Positions 49,011 through 57,524 of a stretch of DNA of 64,000 nt are shown here, in pieces. Within the stretch, counting starts at the first letter, position 1. Each line of letters begins with the position of its first letter. Made by a program: the position numbers and the translations under genes. Below the pieces are notes generated by a model. That model was not told the origin of the DNA, made no database searches, and saw nothing but the letters and a program-made list of their open reading frames with translations. The stretch lies in IMG/VR virus record IMGVR_UViG_3300019888_000107, positions 32,001 through 96,000 of that record. The stretch is one strand, 5' to 3'. The DNA comes from a virus.

Positions 49011-49405
49011 GACGGGTCCGAGCCGGCGCGCGGGATCGGGGTCAGTAGGTCCACCCGCTTGTAGCCGCGGCCGATGTGCCGGTCGGAGCGTCGGGTGCGG
49101 TAGGCCCCACCCCACAGCCCCACCAGGTAGTGGTTGGCATCGGCCTCGTCGCGGCACTGGGCGAGTACGGGGCAGTTGGCGCAGTACCGCAACGCCGCCG
49201 CCGCGATCGCCGCTGGGAGTACTCGGTTGCCGTGCGCCGCCAGCGGGTCGAACACGTGGGGATCAGCTCCCAGGCAGGCGGCGCGCTTGCGCCATTCCAG
49301 TTGGGCCGCCGTCAACGGTTGCGTATAGGACGCGGCAGAGTGACCGCGCGATTGGTGGGTGGGGATGGGTAGCGGTGACCCCCTAAGGGGCGCTATGGTG
49401 GACAT
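49007..49405 (-). CDS. whiB: WhiB-family transcription factor
   Basis: WRKRAAC...YCANCPVLAQC...GLWGG. Confidence 0.85.
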   Translation of the reverse strand: MSTIAPLRGSPLPIPTHQSRGHSAASYTQPLTAAQLEWRKRAACLGADPHVFDPLAAHGNRVLPAAIAAAALRYCANCPVLAQCRDEADANHYLVGLWGGAYRTRRSDRHIGRGYKRVDLLTPIPRAGSDPS

Positions 49406-49579
49406 GCGACGGGTACCTCTCCCTGAATTGGCCGTGTCGCCGGCCCTGCACACCCGGTGGTTTCCAGGCCCGAGTGGGTGTGCGGGGTCGTCCTATAACG
49501 TCAGATGTGCGTGTGTGTCTCCCCATCGGAAAAACCGAAGGCGACAGCTGCGCCCCCGGCTCCCGGTCGAACCCCCATC

Positions 49580-49930
49580 CTATTTACCGCGGACCCTCCC
49601 GTCGAGAGGGGAATACCTCCCAGGTTCGGGAAGTTCGGCCCGCATTGTTGTGTAGTCAAACGTCAGCTGTTCGCCCTGGTCACGCGGTGGATCGTCGCGT
49701 ACACCCTCGGAACCGTATCTGTATCCCACAGTTCCGTGCAGGATGTTCATCACTTCGGTAAGCGTCACCTCACGTGTGATCAGCCTATGCAAATTGATGT
49801 CGCGGGTCGAACCCGGTAACGGCGCCGGCCACCGACGAGCCGCATCTAGTATCCGACGGGTGCGGTTCAGTTCAGTGACCAGCGCCGCGACATCGGGCGG
49901 TGGAATATTCAGTTGGGGGTACTCAGCCAT
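49580..49930 (-). CDS. Hypothetical protein
   Basis: GGAGG RBS. Confidence 0.55.
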   Translation of the reverse strand: MAEYPQLNIPPPDVAALVTELNRTRRILDAARRWPAPLPGSTRDINLHRLITREVTLTEVMNILHGTVGYRYGSEGVRDDPPRDQGEQLTFDYTTMRAELPEPGRYSPLDGRVRGK

Positions 49931-50018
49931 AGCCCTCCCTATCCGCGTTAGGTGCGGTCGCGATAAGGTACAGAAGGTGTGTGACGAGCGGGTTGCTGGT
50001 ATCCGTCGTCGGGAGCGT

Positions 50019-50387
50019 TCATGCCGGCGGTCGGGTGATTGCCCCGTGGGAATATTCTTCGATCAGGTCCCACACAGCGTCGATATCGGCGGTGGCGAAG
50101 AACAGGTCGGAGGCTTGGCTATCGGTGAGACCTAGTTCTCGCTGAGCGACAGCTTTGACACGTTCTCCTGTCGTGAGATACCCGGTATGAACGCTGTCGT
50201 ACGGGCCGAAGTGCGGTTCGTAACCGCTCAGCAGGACGGTCCACCCCGCAATACACCCGCGTGTGCCGCAGGTTCGGTGGGCGATCCACACGTCCAGATC
50301 TAATTCTTCTGGGTGCGCGGTGACGTGCTCCATGACCTTCCGGAACAACGGTACATTCAGCTCGGGCTCGGTCGTGATCTCAGTCAT
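50019..50387 (-). CDS. Hypothetical phage protein (CGTxxCIAGW motif)
   Basis: AAGGAG RBS; motif. Confidence 0.65.
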   Translation of the reverse strand: MTEITTEPELNVPLFRKVMEHVTAHPEELDLDVWIAHRTCGTRGCIAGWTVLLSGYEPHFGPYDSVHTGYLTTGERVKAVAQRELGLTDSQASDLFFATADIDAVWDLIEEYSHGAITRPPA

Positions 50388-50390
50388 GAT

Positions 50391-50570
50391 TTACTCCTTG
50401 TCCCAGTCGTCAGCATCTTCGTAGTAGACCAGCCCGCCGTCAGCCCACTCCTCGGGGCCCTCGCCGTACACATCGGGGTGTATGACACGCAGGTGATCGA
50501 GCATTTCCGCCAGACTGCGGGAGATCTCATCCCCACAGAGGTGGCAGCCAGGTCGGTCGGGAGCGCTCAT
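50391..50570 (-). CDS. Small C2H2-like protein
   Basis: CHLC..HLRVIH. Confidence 0.55.
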   Translation of the reverse strand: MSAPDRPGCHLCGDEISRSLAEMLDHLRVIHPDVYGEGPEEWADGGLVYYEDADDWDKE

Positions 50571-50574
50571 GGGA

Positions 50575-50811
50575 TCACCGTCTCGCCGGTGGTGGTTGGC
50601 CGTTGAGTGCGGCGTTGACGGCGATGTGCCGGGGGACCAGCCAGTCTTCCCACCGACGGAATTCCTCGACACCCACCAACGCCTCACACACGGCTCTTGC
50701 TGCGGCTATCTCTTGCATTATCTCGATATTGCCGTTGGAGGCTTTTTGGCGAACCATGCTGCCCAGGATGGCGATCGAGGCCCTGAGTTCGCGTGAGACC
50801 TCAGCTGTCAT
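50575..50811 (-). CDS. Hypothetical protein
   Basis: Coupled ORF. Confidence 0.55.
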   Translation of the reverse strand: MTAEVSRELRASIAILGSMVRQKASNGNIEIMQEIAAARAVCEALVGVEEFRRWEDWLVPRHIAVNAALNGQPPPARR

Positions 50812-51113
50812 GCGCGTTCCCTTTCCGGATGTGTACGCATTTCGTTTTGGGCGGCTACGAGGTACATGAGGTGCGCTACGAGCGATGCCCAGTCGTGCGC
50901 TGTGGCGAGTTCGTGCTCTTCGAAAGCCGTTACCATGCGAGAGATGACCTCACCGGGATCCATACCCCTGGCCAACCACCGACGCATGATTACGATAGGC
51001 CCGTTGGGGCGGAACAGAATATCGTGATAATCGCTGCGGTGTTGGTCCATCGCCGCCAGCGCGAGGGTGCGTTGGGGTCCGTTGGTGGGTGACCACCAGT
51101 CGAGGTCAGCCAT
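50808..51113 (-). CDS. Hypothetical protein immediately downstream of the RAMP gene
   Basis: Start abuts the stop of 51114-51788. Confidence 0.6.
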   Translation of the reverse strand: MADLDWWSPTNGPQRTLALAAMDQHRSDYHDILFRPNGPIVIMRRWLARGMDPGEVISRMVTAFEEHELATAHDWASLVAHLMYLVAAQNEMRTHPERERA

Positions 51114-51788
51114 TTAGACCTTGTCCCACTTCGTTACGGTGTAGGTCCCGTAGCCCTGTGAACGCGTCCCACCGATGCCTTGCTTCGCACCGGTGAGCCA
51201 GATCAGCGCCCACTGTTCGTCGGTGATGAGGAAGTCCGTGACCACGGTGAAGTGCAGTTCCACGTTGTCGCAGTACTCGTCGTAGCGGATCCCGTTACCG
51301 GTGTGGACGTGCACGAAACGCTGCTCGATTCCCGTCGCCTCGGTGCGGTCGAAATGCAGTTTGTTGTCCACCACCATGACGTGCTCGGCGATAAAACCCG
51401 TGGACCCCTTATTGGTCGCACCCCACCCCCGTGACTTGAGCTTGCCGGCCGCAACACACACGTTGCACGCCTCCTTGATAGCTGATTTCAGACAACGGCC
51501 TTCCAGGTATAGGCCCCGGTCGTCACGCTTAAAACCGAGAAGGTGCCTATTGGTGTTGACCTCTTCCACGGCTGCCTCGGGACTGACGCCCCGCTCCAGC
51601 ATGGTCGTGGCCACCATCTCCCGAATGGCCTGGTCGGACTGCTCGCCCATATGACGGCGGATCCACCCCTCGGCCACCTTCGGATCGGTCGGGGTACCGC
51701 CGGCAATGCGGTCCACCAAAAGCGTCCCCTTGTAGGTAAAGGGCCATGCTTGCTTGTGGTAGGCGGCGAATACATCAGTTGAGCTCAT
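51114..51788 (-). CDS. Stand-alone Cas7/Csm3-like RAMP protein
   Basis: LYLEGRCLKSAIKEA (cf. PxIPGSSLKGxxR); thumb-like segment ending RYDEY; C-terminal G-loop GIGGTRSQGYG; AAGGAG RBS. Confidence 0.75.
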   Translation of the reverse strand: MSSTDVFAAYHKQAWPFTYKGTLLVDRIAGGTPTDPKVAEGWIRRHMGEQSDQAIREMVATTMLERGVSPEAAVEEVNTNRHLLGFKRDDRGLYLEGRCLKSAIKEACNVCVAAGKLKSRGWGATNKGSTGFIAEHVMVVDNKLHFDRTEATGIEQRFVHVHTGNGIRYDEYCDNVELHFTVVTDFLITDEQWALIWLTGAKQGIGGTRSQGYGTYTVTKWDKV

Positions 51789-51816
51789 TTCGGGTTCTCC
51801 TTTGTTGGGTTGGTGA

Positions 51817-52915
51817 GGATAGTCGGACGGGAGGGGATTGGGGCGGGGCGGGGCGGCCCGTCGGAACGGGTTGGTGGGGCGGAGGGCGGGGGGTGGGGCA
51901 GGCGCGGCGCGGCTTGTCGTACGGGACTGGTTCGGGATGGCGCGGTTTGTCGGATGGGGCAGGCGTTGAGTCGGGTAGTCGGAGCGAATTGGTCACGGTC
52001 TCGGGCAGGCGCGGCTTGTCGGAGGGGGTACGGCCTGATGTGGCCTGGAAACGGGACGGCTCGTCGGGATGGGCAGGAAACAGGTTTGGTGCGGATAGTC
52101 GGGTGTGGGCAGACACGATCGGGGCTTGGCATGGGGTGGTTTTGTCGGAGCGGACCGGCGTGGCGCGGCGTGGCATGTCGGGTTAGGGCGGGAGCGGGAC
52201 CGGATCGGGTAGTCGGAGGGGGCTGGTTTGGGCTGCCTCTGGGATGTCGGATGGGATTGGGATGGGTGGGCTTGTCGGTATGGGCCGGGACGGCTCGGTA
52301 CGGCATGGCTCGTCGGATAGGAGCGGTCCGGTGCGGCGCGGTAGGGCACGGCTGGTCGGAATGGTGCGGGGTTGATGTGGTTGGGGTCGGCCAGTCGGAT
52401 GGGAGGGGAGGGGGTCGGGGCGGAACGGGGTCGGCCCGTCGGATGGGAGGGGGTCGGGGCGGTAGGGCCTGGGGTGGCTTGTCGGAGGGGGTCGTCTTGG
52501 GATGGCTTGTCGGAGTGGGTCGGTTAGTCGGATTGGATCGGTCTGGGGCGTGGCGGGTTGGCTAGTCGGGATGGGTCTGATCAGGGTTCGGTTTGTCGAA
52601 TGGCTTGGGGGGATATGAGCGGGCTCGTCGGTTAACGGGGTTGGGCGGACGCGGGTCGGCTCGTCGGTGCGGGTAGGTAGGGATTGGCTCGTCGGAGGGG
52701 GTCGGGACGGCGCTGGCTGGTTAGGCTCGTCGGCGTGGTTCGGGTTGGATAGTCGGATTGGGTGGGATCTTGGCGTGGCTTGTCGGAAGGGCATGGTGCC
52801 GGGATGGCTTGTCGGAGTGGATCGGGGCTGGATGGGATGGCTTGTCGGAAGGGCATGGTGTGGTTACGGGATGGTCAGTCGGACAGAGCTGACGGGGATG
52901 GGGACGGAGTGTCGA
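51817..52915. repeat. Array block 1: about 32 units of (GGNNN)n-GTC
   Basis: GGNNNGTCG(G) recurs about every 20-45 nt with 5-nt GG periodicity between. Confidence 0.85.
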
Positions 52916-52924
52916 GCCGGAATG

Positions 52925-53143
52925 TCATTTCTTATCGGAGTTCTTCAACAGCATCACGATCCACCAGCCCGGCAGATAAAATGGCCACAACCACACGCAG
53001 CACAGGGACATGACCGCTGCACCCACGTAGTCTTCGGTTTCAATGGGGTCGCCCATGGAGTTGAGAAACCATCGTGCGGTGGGTACCAGGAACCCCAGCA
53101 CGCCCGCTAGGTACACCATCAGCACAATCGTTCCGGGGTCCAT
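52925..53143 (-). CDS. Small 2-TM membrane protein between array blocks
   Basis: Two hydrophobic helices; non-repetitive sequence. Confidence 0.6.
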   Translation of the reverse strand: MDPGTIVLMVYLAGVLGFLVPTARWFLNSMGDPIETEDYVGAAVMSLCCVWLWPFYLPGWWIVMLLKNSDKK

Positions 53144-53244
53144 CAGCGGCGGGTTGCCTGGTTGTAGGCCGCCGCCCGCATGGAAGCCGCTACCTCAGCG
53201 TTGATCCGAGTGACGTCGTCCACATCGGGTGGCAGGGTGCTCAT
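53143..53244 (-). CDS. Possible 33-aa peptide
   Basis: MSTLPPDVDDVTRINAEV..; TGATG coupling to the next gene. Confidence 0.35.
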   Translation of the reverse strand: MSTLPPDVDDVTRINAEVAASMRAAAYNQATRR

Positions 53245-53258
53245 GGGGATCGACTCGA

Positions 53259-53510
53259 ATCGTGTCGAATGGCATGGGTCGGGTAGGCGCGGCTTGTCGA
53301 ACGACATGGGTCGGGTAGGGGCGGCTTGTCGACCGGCTAGGCAGTGTTGGCCGGTCGGGGCGGCGTGGGTAGGGATGGTCACGGCTTGGCCTGTCGGATG
53401 GGGTTGGGGCGGCAGGGAGTAGCTTGTCGAAGGGGGTAGGGAGGGGATGTATCGGCATGTCGAAAGGCCTGGGTCGGGGATGGCGCGGCTCGTCGAAACG
53501 GGAGTGTCGT
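53259..53510. repeat. Array block 2: about 7-8 units, mostly GGNNNGTCGA
   Basis: Same pentamer/GTC grammar as block 1. Confidence 0.75.
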
Positions 53511-54050
53511 TTACCGCCCGTACTTGCGCAGAGAATCAAACATCGTGGTGAGTTCGTGATCGGCGTAATGCTCGCTGACGGTTCGGGTGCCAACCTTTTT
53601 GGCCAGGGCAGTCATAAACGCGTCCATGAGTCGGTTGTCTTCGGTCCGTCGTGCGTAAGTGCCCGCGACGTAGAGCAGGTCATCCCGTCGCAGTTTCCCG
53701 AGTGGTTTGCGGGAGCCGTCTTCCAACGTGAAGGGCACGTCCAGCCACCCTCGCAATTGCGTACTGTCGCCGGCCTGGTGTGTCGTGACCGCTTCGGCGA
53801 ATGCGGCGGGTCGTGCTCGGTGCCGGGCGGCGGTGCGGATCGAACGGTCCCGGTCATTGATCGCCATTCGAATGAACTGCGTCGCCTGAGCCCGCAGCCA
53901 CCCGTCGACCAGCTCGGGATCCTCAACCCGCAGTCGCTCTACTATCTCAGTGGCCACCACACAGGACGTATAGGCGCCGGAGCTGGTGGCGCTGTCAATC
54001 ACCCGACGCATTTCGGTGCCGTAGTCGCGCACGGCGACGGACGTCGTCAT
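53511..54050 (-). CDS. Hypothetical protein upstream of the array
   Basis: 179-aa ORF with AGAGG RBS. Confidence 0.7.
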   Translation of the reverse strand: MTTSVAVRDYGTEMRRVIDSATSSGAYTSCVVATEIVERLRVEDPELVDGWLRAQATQFIRMAINDRDRSIRTAARHRARPAAFAEAVTTHQAGDSTQLRGWLDVPFTLEDGSRKPLGKLRRDDLLYVAGTYARRTEDNRLMDAFMTALAKKVGTRTVSEHYADHELTTMFDSLRKYGR

Positions 54051-54092
54051 ACCTGGTCATACCTCTCTGTGCGCGCTAGGATGCGCCCTTGA

Positions 54093-54132
54093 GAGGGGCC
54101 ACGCATCCGCTGCCAAGCTGCCGTGGCCCCTC
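54093..54132. other. 11-bp intergenic hairpin
   Basis: GAGGGGCCACG/CGTGGCCCCTC. Confidence 0.5.
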
Positions 54133-54149
54133 CCCTGACTGTGATTCCC

Positions 54150-54971
54150 CTATGCGGCGGCCTTGCGCCGGCTGTTCTCGCGGAACCAGTTGCCCAGGCG
54201 AATACCCTTCGCACCGTTCAGGATCTCTACGCCGGCCGCGGCCACGGCGAACCGACGCGAGCAGTGCGTCTTTTGCTTGGTCTTCTCGGCCAGGGCCAGC
54301 AGCGCGTTGAGGCCACCGGGGATGGTGGCGAACCGGGCGATGACGTCGGTGTCGTGGAGCTGGCCTTCGTAGCGATGCAGCAGGATCCCGATCCCGTCGA
54401 TGACCGCCGAGGCCAACCCGAAGTCGCCATAAGCGGTGTGCACGATCCGCAAGGTGCGGCTCAGGTTGTCGCCGCCGGTCTGCTGGTAGATACGCCGCAG
54501 GGTGCCGATGCAGTGCACCGAGCCCTCCGTCCTGTCCATCGACACGTGCAGGCCCAGCTCGTCGAGGATGTCGCTGAGGGCGCAGTCTTCCTCGCGGCCC
54601 GCCTGGACACCGACCCGATACCTATCGAAGCCGTTGACAGCCAACACATTGTTGAGACGCAGGAACATTTCGGCTTCCTGCTGATCGGTGAGGCCGCTGA
54701 ACACGGCGCAATCGAGCTTCGTCTCACCGAGCCCCATTCCACGCATCGCCTCAATACGGTGCTGTCCGTCGATCACGTAGTGGTGACCGTCGCGGTAGTT
54801 CAGGGTGGGCACACCCACCTGCTCGATGTCGAACTGCGCGATCAGGTGGTTGACGTGGTAGGGCTTGAGTTCGCGCTGCACGAGCGGTGAGACGCGCATG
54901 ACGGCGAGGGCGACGCTCTGAATTTCAGCGTGTCGCTGAACGTCTCCGTCGGTGTTAGGCTGCTTGGGCAC
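54150..54971 (-). CDS. ParB/Srx-like DGQHR protein (DUF6551-like)
   Basis: VQREL..YVIDGQHRIEA..EAEMFLRLN. Confidence 0.75.
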   Translation of the reverse strand: MPKQPNTDGDVQRHAEIQSVALAVMRVSPLVQRELKPYHVNHLIAQFDIEQVGVPTLNYRDGHHYVIDGQHRIEAMRGMGLGETKLDCAVFSGLTDQQEAEMFLRLNNVLAVNGFDRYRVGVQAGREEDCALSDILDELGLHVSMDRTEGSVHCIGTLRRIYQQTGGDNLSRTLRIVHTAYGDFGLASAVIDGIGILLHRYEGQLHDTDVIARFATIPGGLNALLALAEKTKQKTHCSRRFAVAAAGVEILNGAKGIRLGNWFRENSRRKAAA

Positions 54972-55926
54972 GGTGGTTCAGTTCCTTCCGGAGTTTGCGC
55001 AAGTAGCGCATGGATTCATCAAGGGATTGCACCCATTTTGTCGCTTCGGCCGCATAGACTTGGTCGAAGTCGTCAAGATTGAGAAGGCTTTCGGTGGCCC
55101 TCACGGTGTTTGCGATGTCATCCACGGTGGACCCGATCACTGCGATGGGGTCCACCGTGTTTCGCGCTTTACCGATGATGCGGTCAGCACGAATCTCAAT
55201 GCCGCTTCGGGCGGCGAGTCTGCGAACGTAGAGGGGAAGTAACCCAAGTTGGTCGGCGATCTCGTGCGAGGTATGACGCTGCGCCAATACACGGATTTGT
55301 TCGATGCGTTCGGTCACAGGTCGCTTGAGCCGTTCATCAGCGGCGTTCTGGACCTTGCGCGCGATGTTGGCCCGTGTCAGGTTGTTTTCTGTACGACCTT
55401 CCGCGAGCGCTGCGTCGAACTCGTCGTTGGTCACATCGTCGGTCAATCGGTAGATCCCAGGCTTACTGGGACCAGACCCGAGTAGCGCGCTCTTGCGGGC
55501 GAAATCCGTCGGGCCGGGTTTGGTGGGGGCCACCAGGTGACCTGAACCAGTTTGGTGTTGGTTGCCACGGAAGTTGCCGCTCTCATTCCGTCCGCGGATT
55601 TCGCCGGCTTCCTGGCCGTTGCGGATCGCCTGGCCAATGCCACGTTCGGCCCTTCTGACCATTTCAAGGGCGTCGAGCTGGATCTCCTGTGCGAGGCCCT
55701 TCTGCCGGGTCATTTCGTGCACGGTGGCCGCCCACACCCGGAACGCGGCGATGGGCGTCGGGTCGCTGCCCTTGGTGGCGACCGCGAGCCAGGCTCGTGA
55801 CTCGACCAGCGCCTGAGTGATGACCACGCCTCGTTGAGCATCTGACATGGCCTCAATCTCGGCTGTGGTGATCGGGACGGGGACCAGCTCGCTGGGGGTG
55901 CTGGCGCTGCGTGGGGTGTCGGTCAT
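54955..55926 (-). CDS. Hypothetical DNA-binding protein
   Basis: HTH-like TSHEIADQLGL..YVRRL. Confidence 0.6.
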   Translation of the reverse strand: MTDTPRSASTPSELVPVPITTAEIEAMSDAQRGVVITQALVESRAWLAVATKGSDPTPIAAFRVWAATVHEMTRQKGLAQEIQLDALEMVRRAERGIGQAIRNGQEAGEIRGRNESGNFRGNQHQTGSGHLVAPTKPGPTDFARKSALLGSGPSKPGIYRLTDDVTNDEFDAALAEGRTENNLTRANIARKVQNAADERLKRPVTERIEQIRVLAQRHTSHEIADQLGLLPLYVRRLAARSGIEIRADRIIGKARNTVDPIAVIGSTVDDIANTVRATESLLNLDDFDQVYAAEATKWVQSLDESMRYLRKLRKELNHRAQAA

Positions 55927-56144
55927 GCGGAGACCTGGCTGTCATCGTCGCGGCGATCTCCGCGCAAGTACCTGGTCACATCGGCGGCGTCGACCCGCCA
56001 GACCCGGTCGATCTGTACGCCGCGGACCTTGCCGGTGTGGAGCAGACGGAGAGCCTTCTTGTAGGGAATCCGCAGCCTGCGGGCCATCTCAGCCACCGTC
56101 AGCGCTTCTGGCTGCTCCGGCGGGGTGCCTCGTGGACTGCTCAT
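55923..56144 (-). CDS. Excisionase/Cro-like HTH protein
   Basis: LTVAEMARRLRI..G..I..VWRV. Confidence 0.7.
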   Translation of the reverse strand: MSSPRGTPPEQPEALTVAEMARRLRIPYKKALRLLHTGKVRGVQIDRVWRVDAADVTRYLRGDRRDDDSQVSA

Positions 56145-56367
56145 AGATGCTGCTCTCATCGGGTAGGGATGGTTGGGGGTGCGGCGCCTAGGGGGCGGGG
56201 GAAGCCCGGTGGGGGCGTCCAGGTGCCGGCGAAGGCCACGTTAAGCCCCGAACACCCCACAACGCCACCACGCACCGCTATCTGATTACCCAAGGTTGCA
56301 AGGATCTACCCGAATGGACCAGCAGGGGGTGTTGTGTCCCTATGGCCCCCTAAGGGATCCTGTGGGC

Positions 56368-56847
56368 ATGGTCGGTGGTCAGAGCGCGATGGATACAGAC
56401 GGCGGTCAGGTCCCCATCGGGGCGATCCTCCGCGCGGCGCGGCAGTCACTGGGGTTGACGCATGCCGAGGTAGCGGAGCGCGTCGGTGTTGATCGCAAGA
56501 CCGTAAGTAACTGGGAGAACGGCCGCCAGCAGCCGACCCGCCATCTAGTGCAGCTGGAAAACGTGCTGGGTGTCCGGTTGACCAATCGCCCTCGGGTCGA
56601 GACGCAACCGACCGAGTTTGGTCAGCTGGACAACGAGGCCCTGGCCGCCCTGATCACCCGTGCCACCGCCGAGATCCTGCGCCGGCTACGTGTGGACGGA
56701 GCCCTCAGCGGCCGGGTTGCCAAGATCAAGCCCAACGCCACGCCCGTCGTGGGCCTGCCTGAGGTGATGGCCAACGGATGGTCCGCGACCCGGACGAGCG
56801 ATCTCAGCTCCGGTAACACTCGGCCACGACCTGACTTCGCAGGGTGA
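56368..56847 (+). CDS. XRE-family repressor
   Basis: LRAARQSLGLTHAEVAERVGVDRKTVSNWENG; divergent from the Cro/Xis-like gene. Confidence 0.8.
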   Translation: MVGGQSAMDTDGGQVPIGAILRAARQSLGLTHAEVAERVGVDRKTVSNWENGRQQPTRHLVQLENVLGVRLTNRPRVETQPTEFGQLDNEALAALITRATAEILRRLRVDGALSGRVAKIKPNATPVVGLPEVMANGWSATRTSDLSSGNTRPRPDFAG

Positions 56848-56931
56848 GGTCTACCTCACACGGGTGAACCTATTCTCAGTTGTTATCAGCATTGATCTTG
56901 AGGGTTTTCCACTGCTCATTTTGGGTGTCCA

Positions 56932-57168
56932 ATGCCCCCTATGGTCACATCATTCCCACCAGGACAGCGCGATTCGCTGCCGTCGTCAGATGGGTCTCTC
57001 CCCGCGCAAGTGCGCCTCGAGTTCGTACCTATGACCGATGGGTTACTGGCGGTGTCCGACGTCAACTCCTGGGTTATCAAGATCAATTCAGCGATCCAGT
57101 GCCCGCGGCTTTTAGGGGAGGCTATCTTCCGCGAGGCGCGACGTTTAGCGGCCACCCTTCCGGACTGA
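56932..57168 (+). CDS. Hypothetical protein
   Basis: ORF after the repressor. Confidence 0.35.
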   Translation: MPPMVTSFPPGQRDSLPSSDGSLPAQVRLEFVPMTDGLLAVSDVNSWVIKINSAIQCPRLLGEAIFREARRLAATLPD

Positions 57169-57524
57169 TTCGATCACCGATGCCTCAGTACTTAGGGGAG
57201 CCTCCCTTACGGAATCGAGACCTTCATTTCCTTGACGGTCACGCAGTCCGCTCAATCGGCACCCCCGCCTACCATTCCCCGATCGCGCCCGTTATATTGC
57301 TGCGACATGAGACCATCGATGCCTCTAGGGGCACATGGCGACACACGAGCCGGCCGGGGTGATTGATTGCTCGGTGAAGCACTAAGCAGGAGAGAGTGTC
57401 ACATCTGTAGCTCACGGACCGGCACCTACGCCGGCCCGCGCTAGACCCTGATTGCAACCATGGGGTTTTTTGGCATGCGCGTTTTCAGGCGTTCTGGCGA
57501 AACGACTAGGAACGAAGACAAACC

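Noticed and set aside
51746-52856. Overlapping Pro-rich and Gly-rich ORFs (118-251 aa) across the array
   Set aside because: Open in several frames on both strands because of G/C skew; 5-nt periodicity; no RBS.
51817-53510. Canonical CRISPR array
   Set aside because: No 23-47 bp identical repeats with unique spacers; the conserved anchor is only about 10 nt and the spacers are internally periodic.
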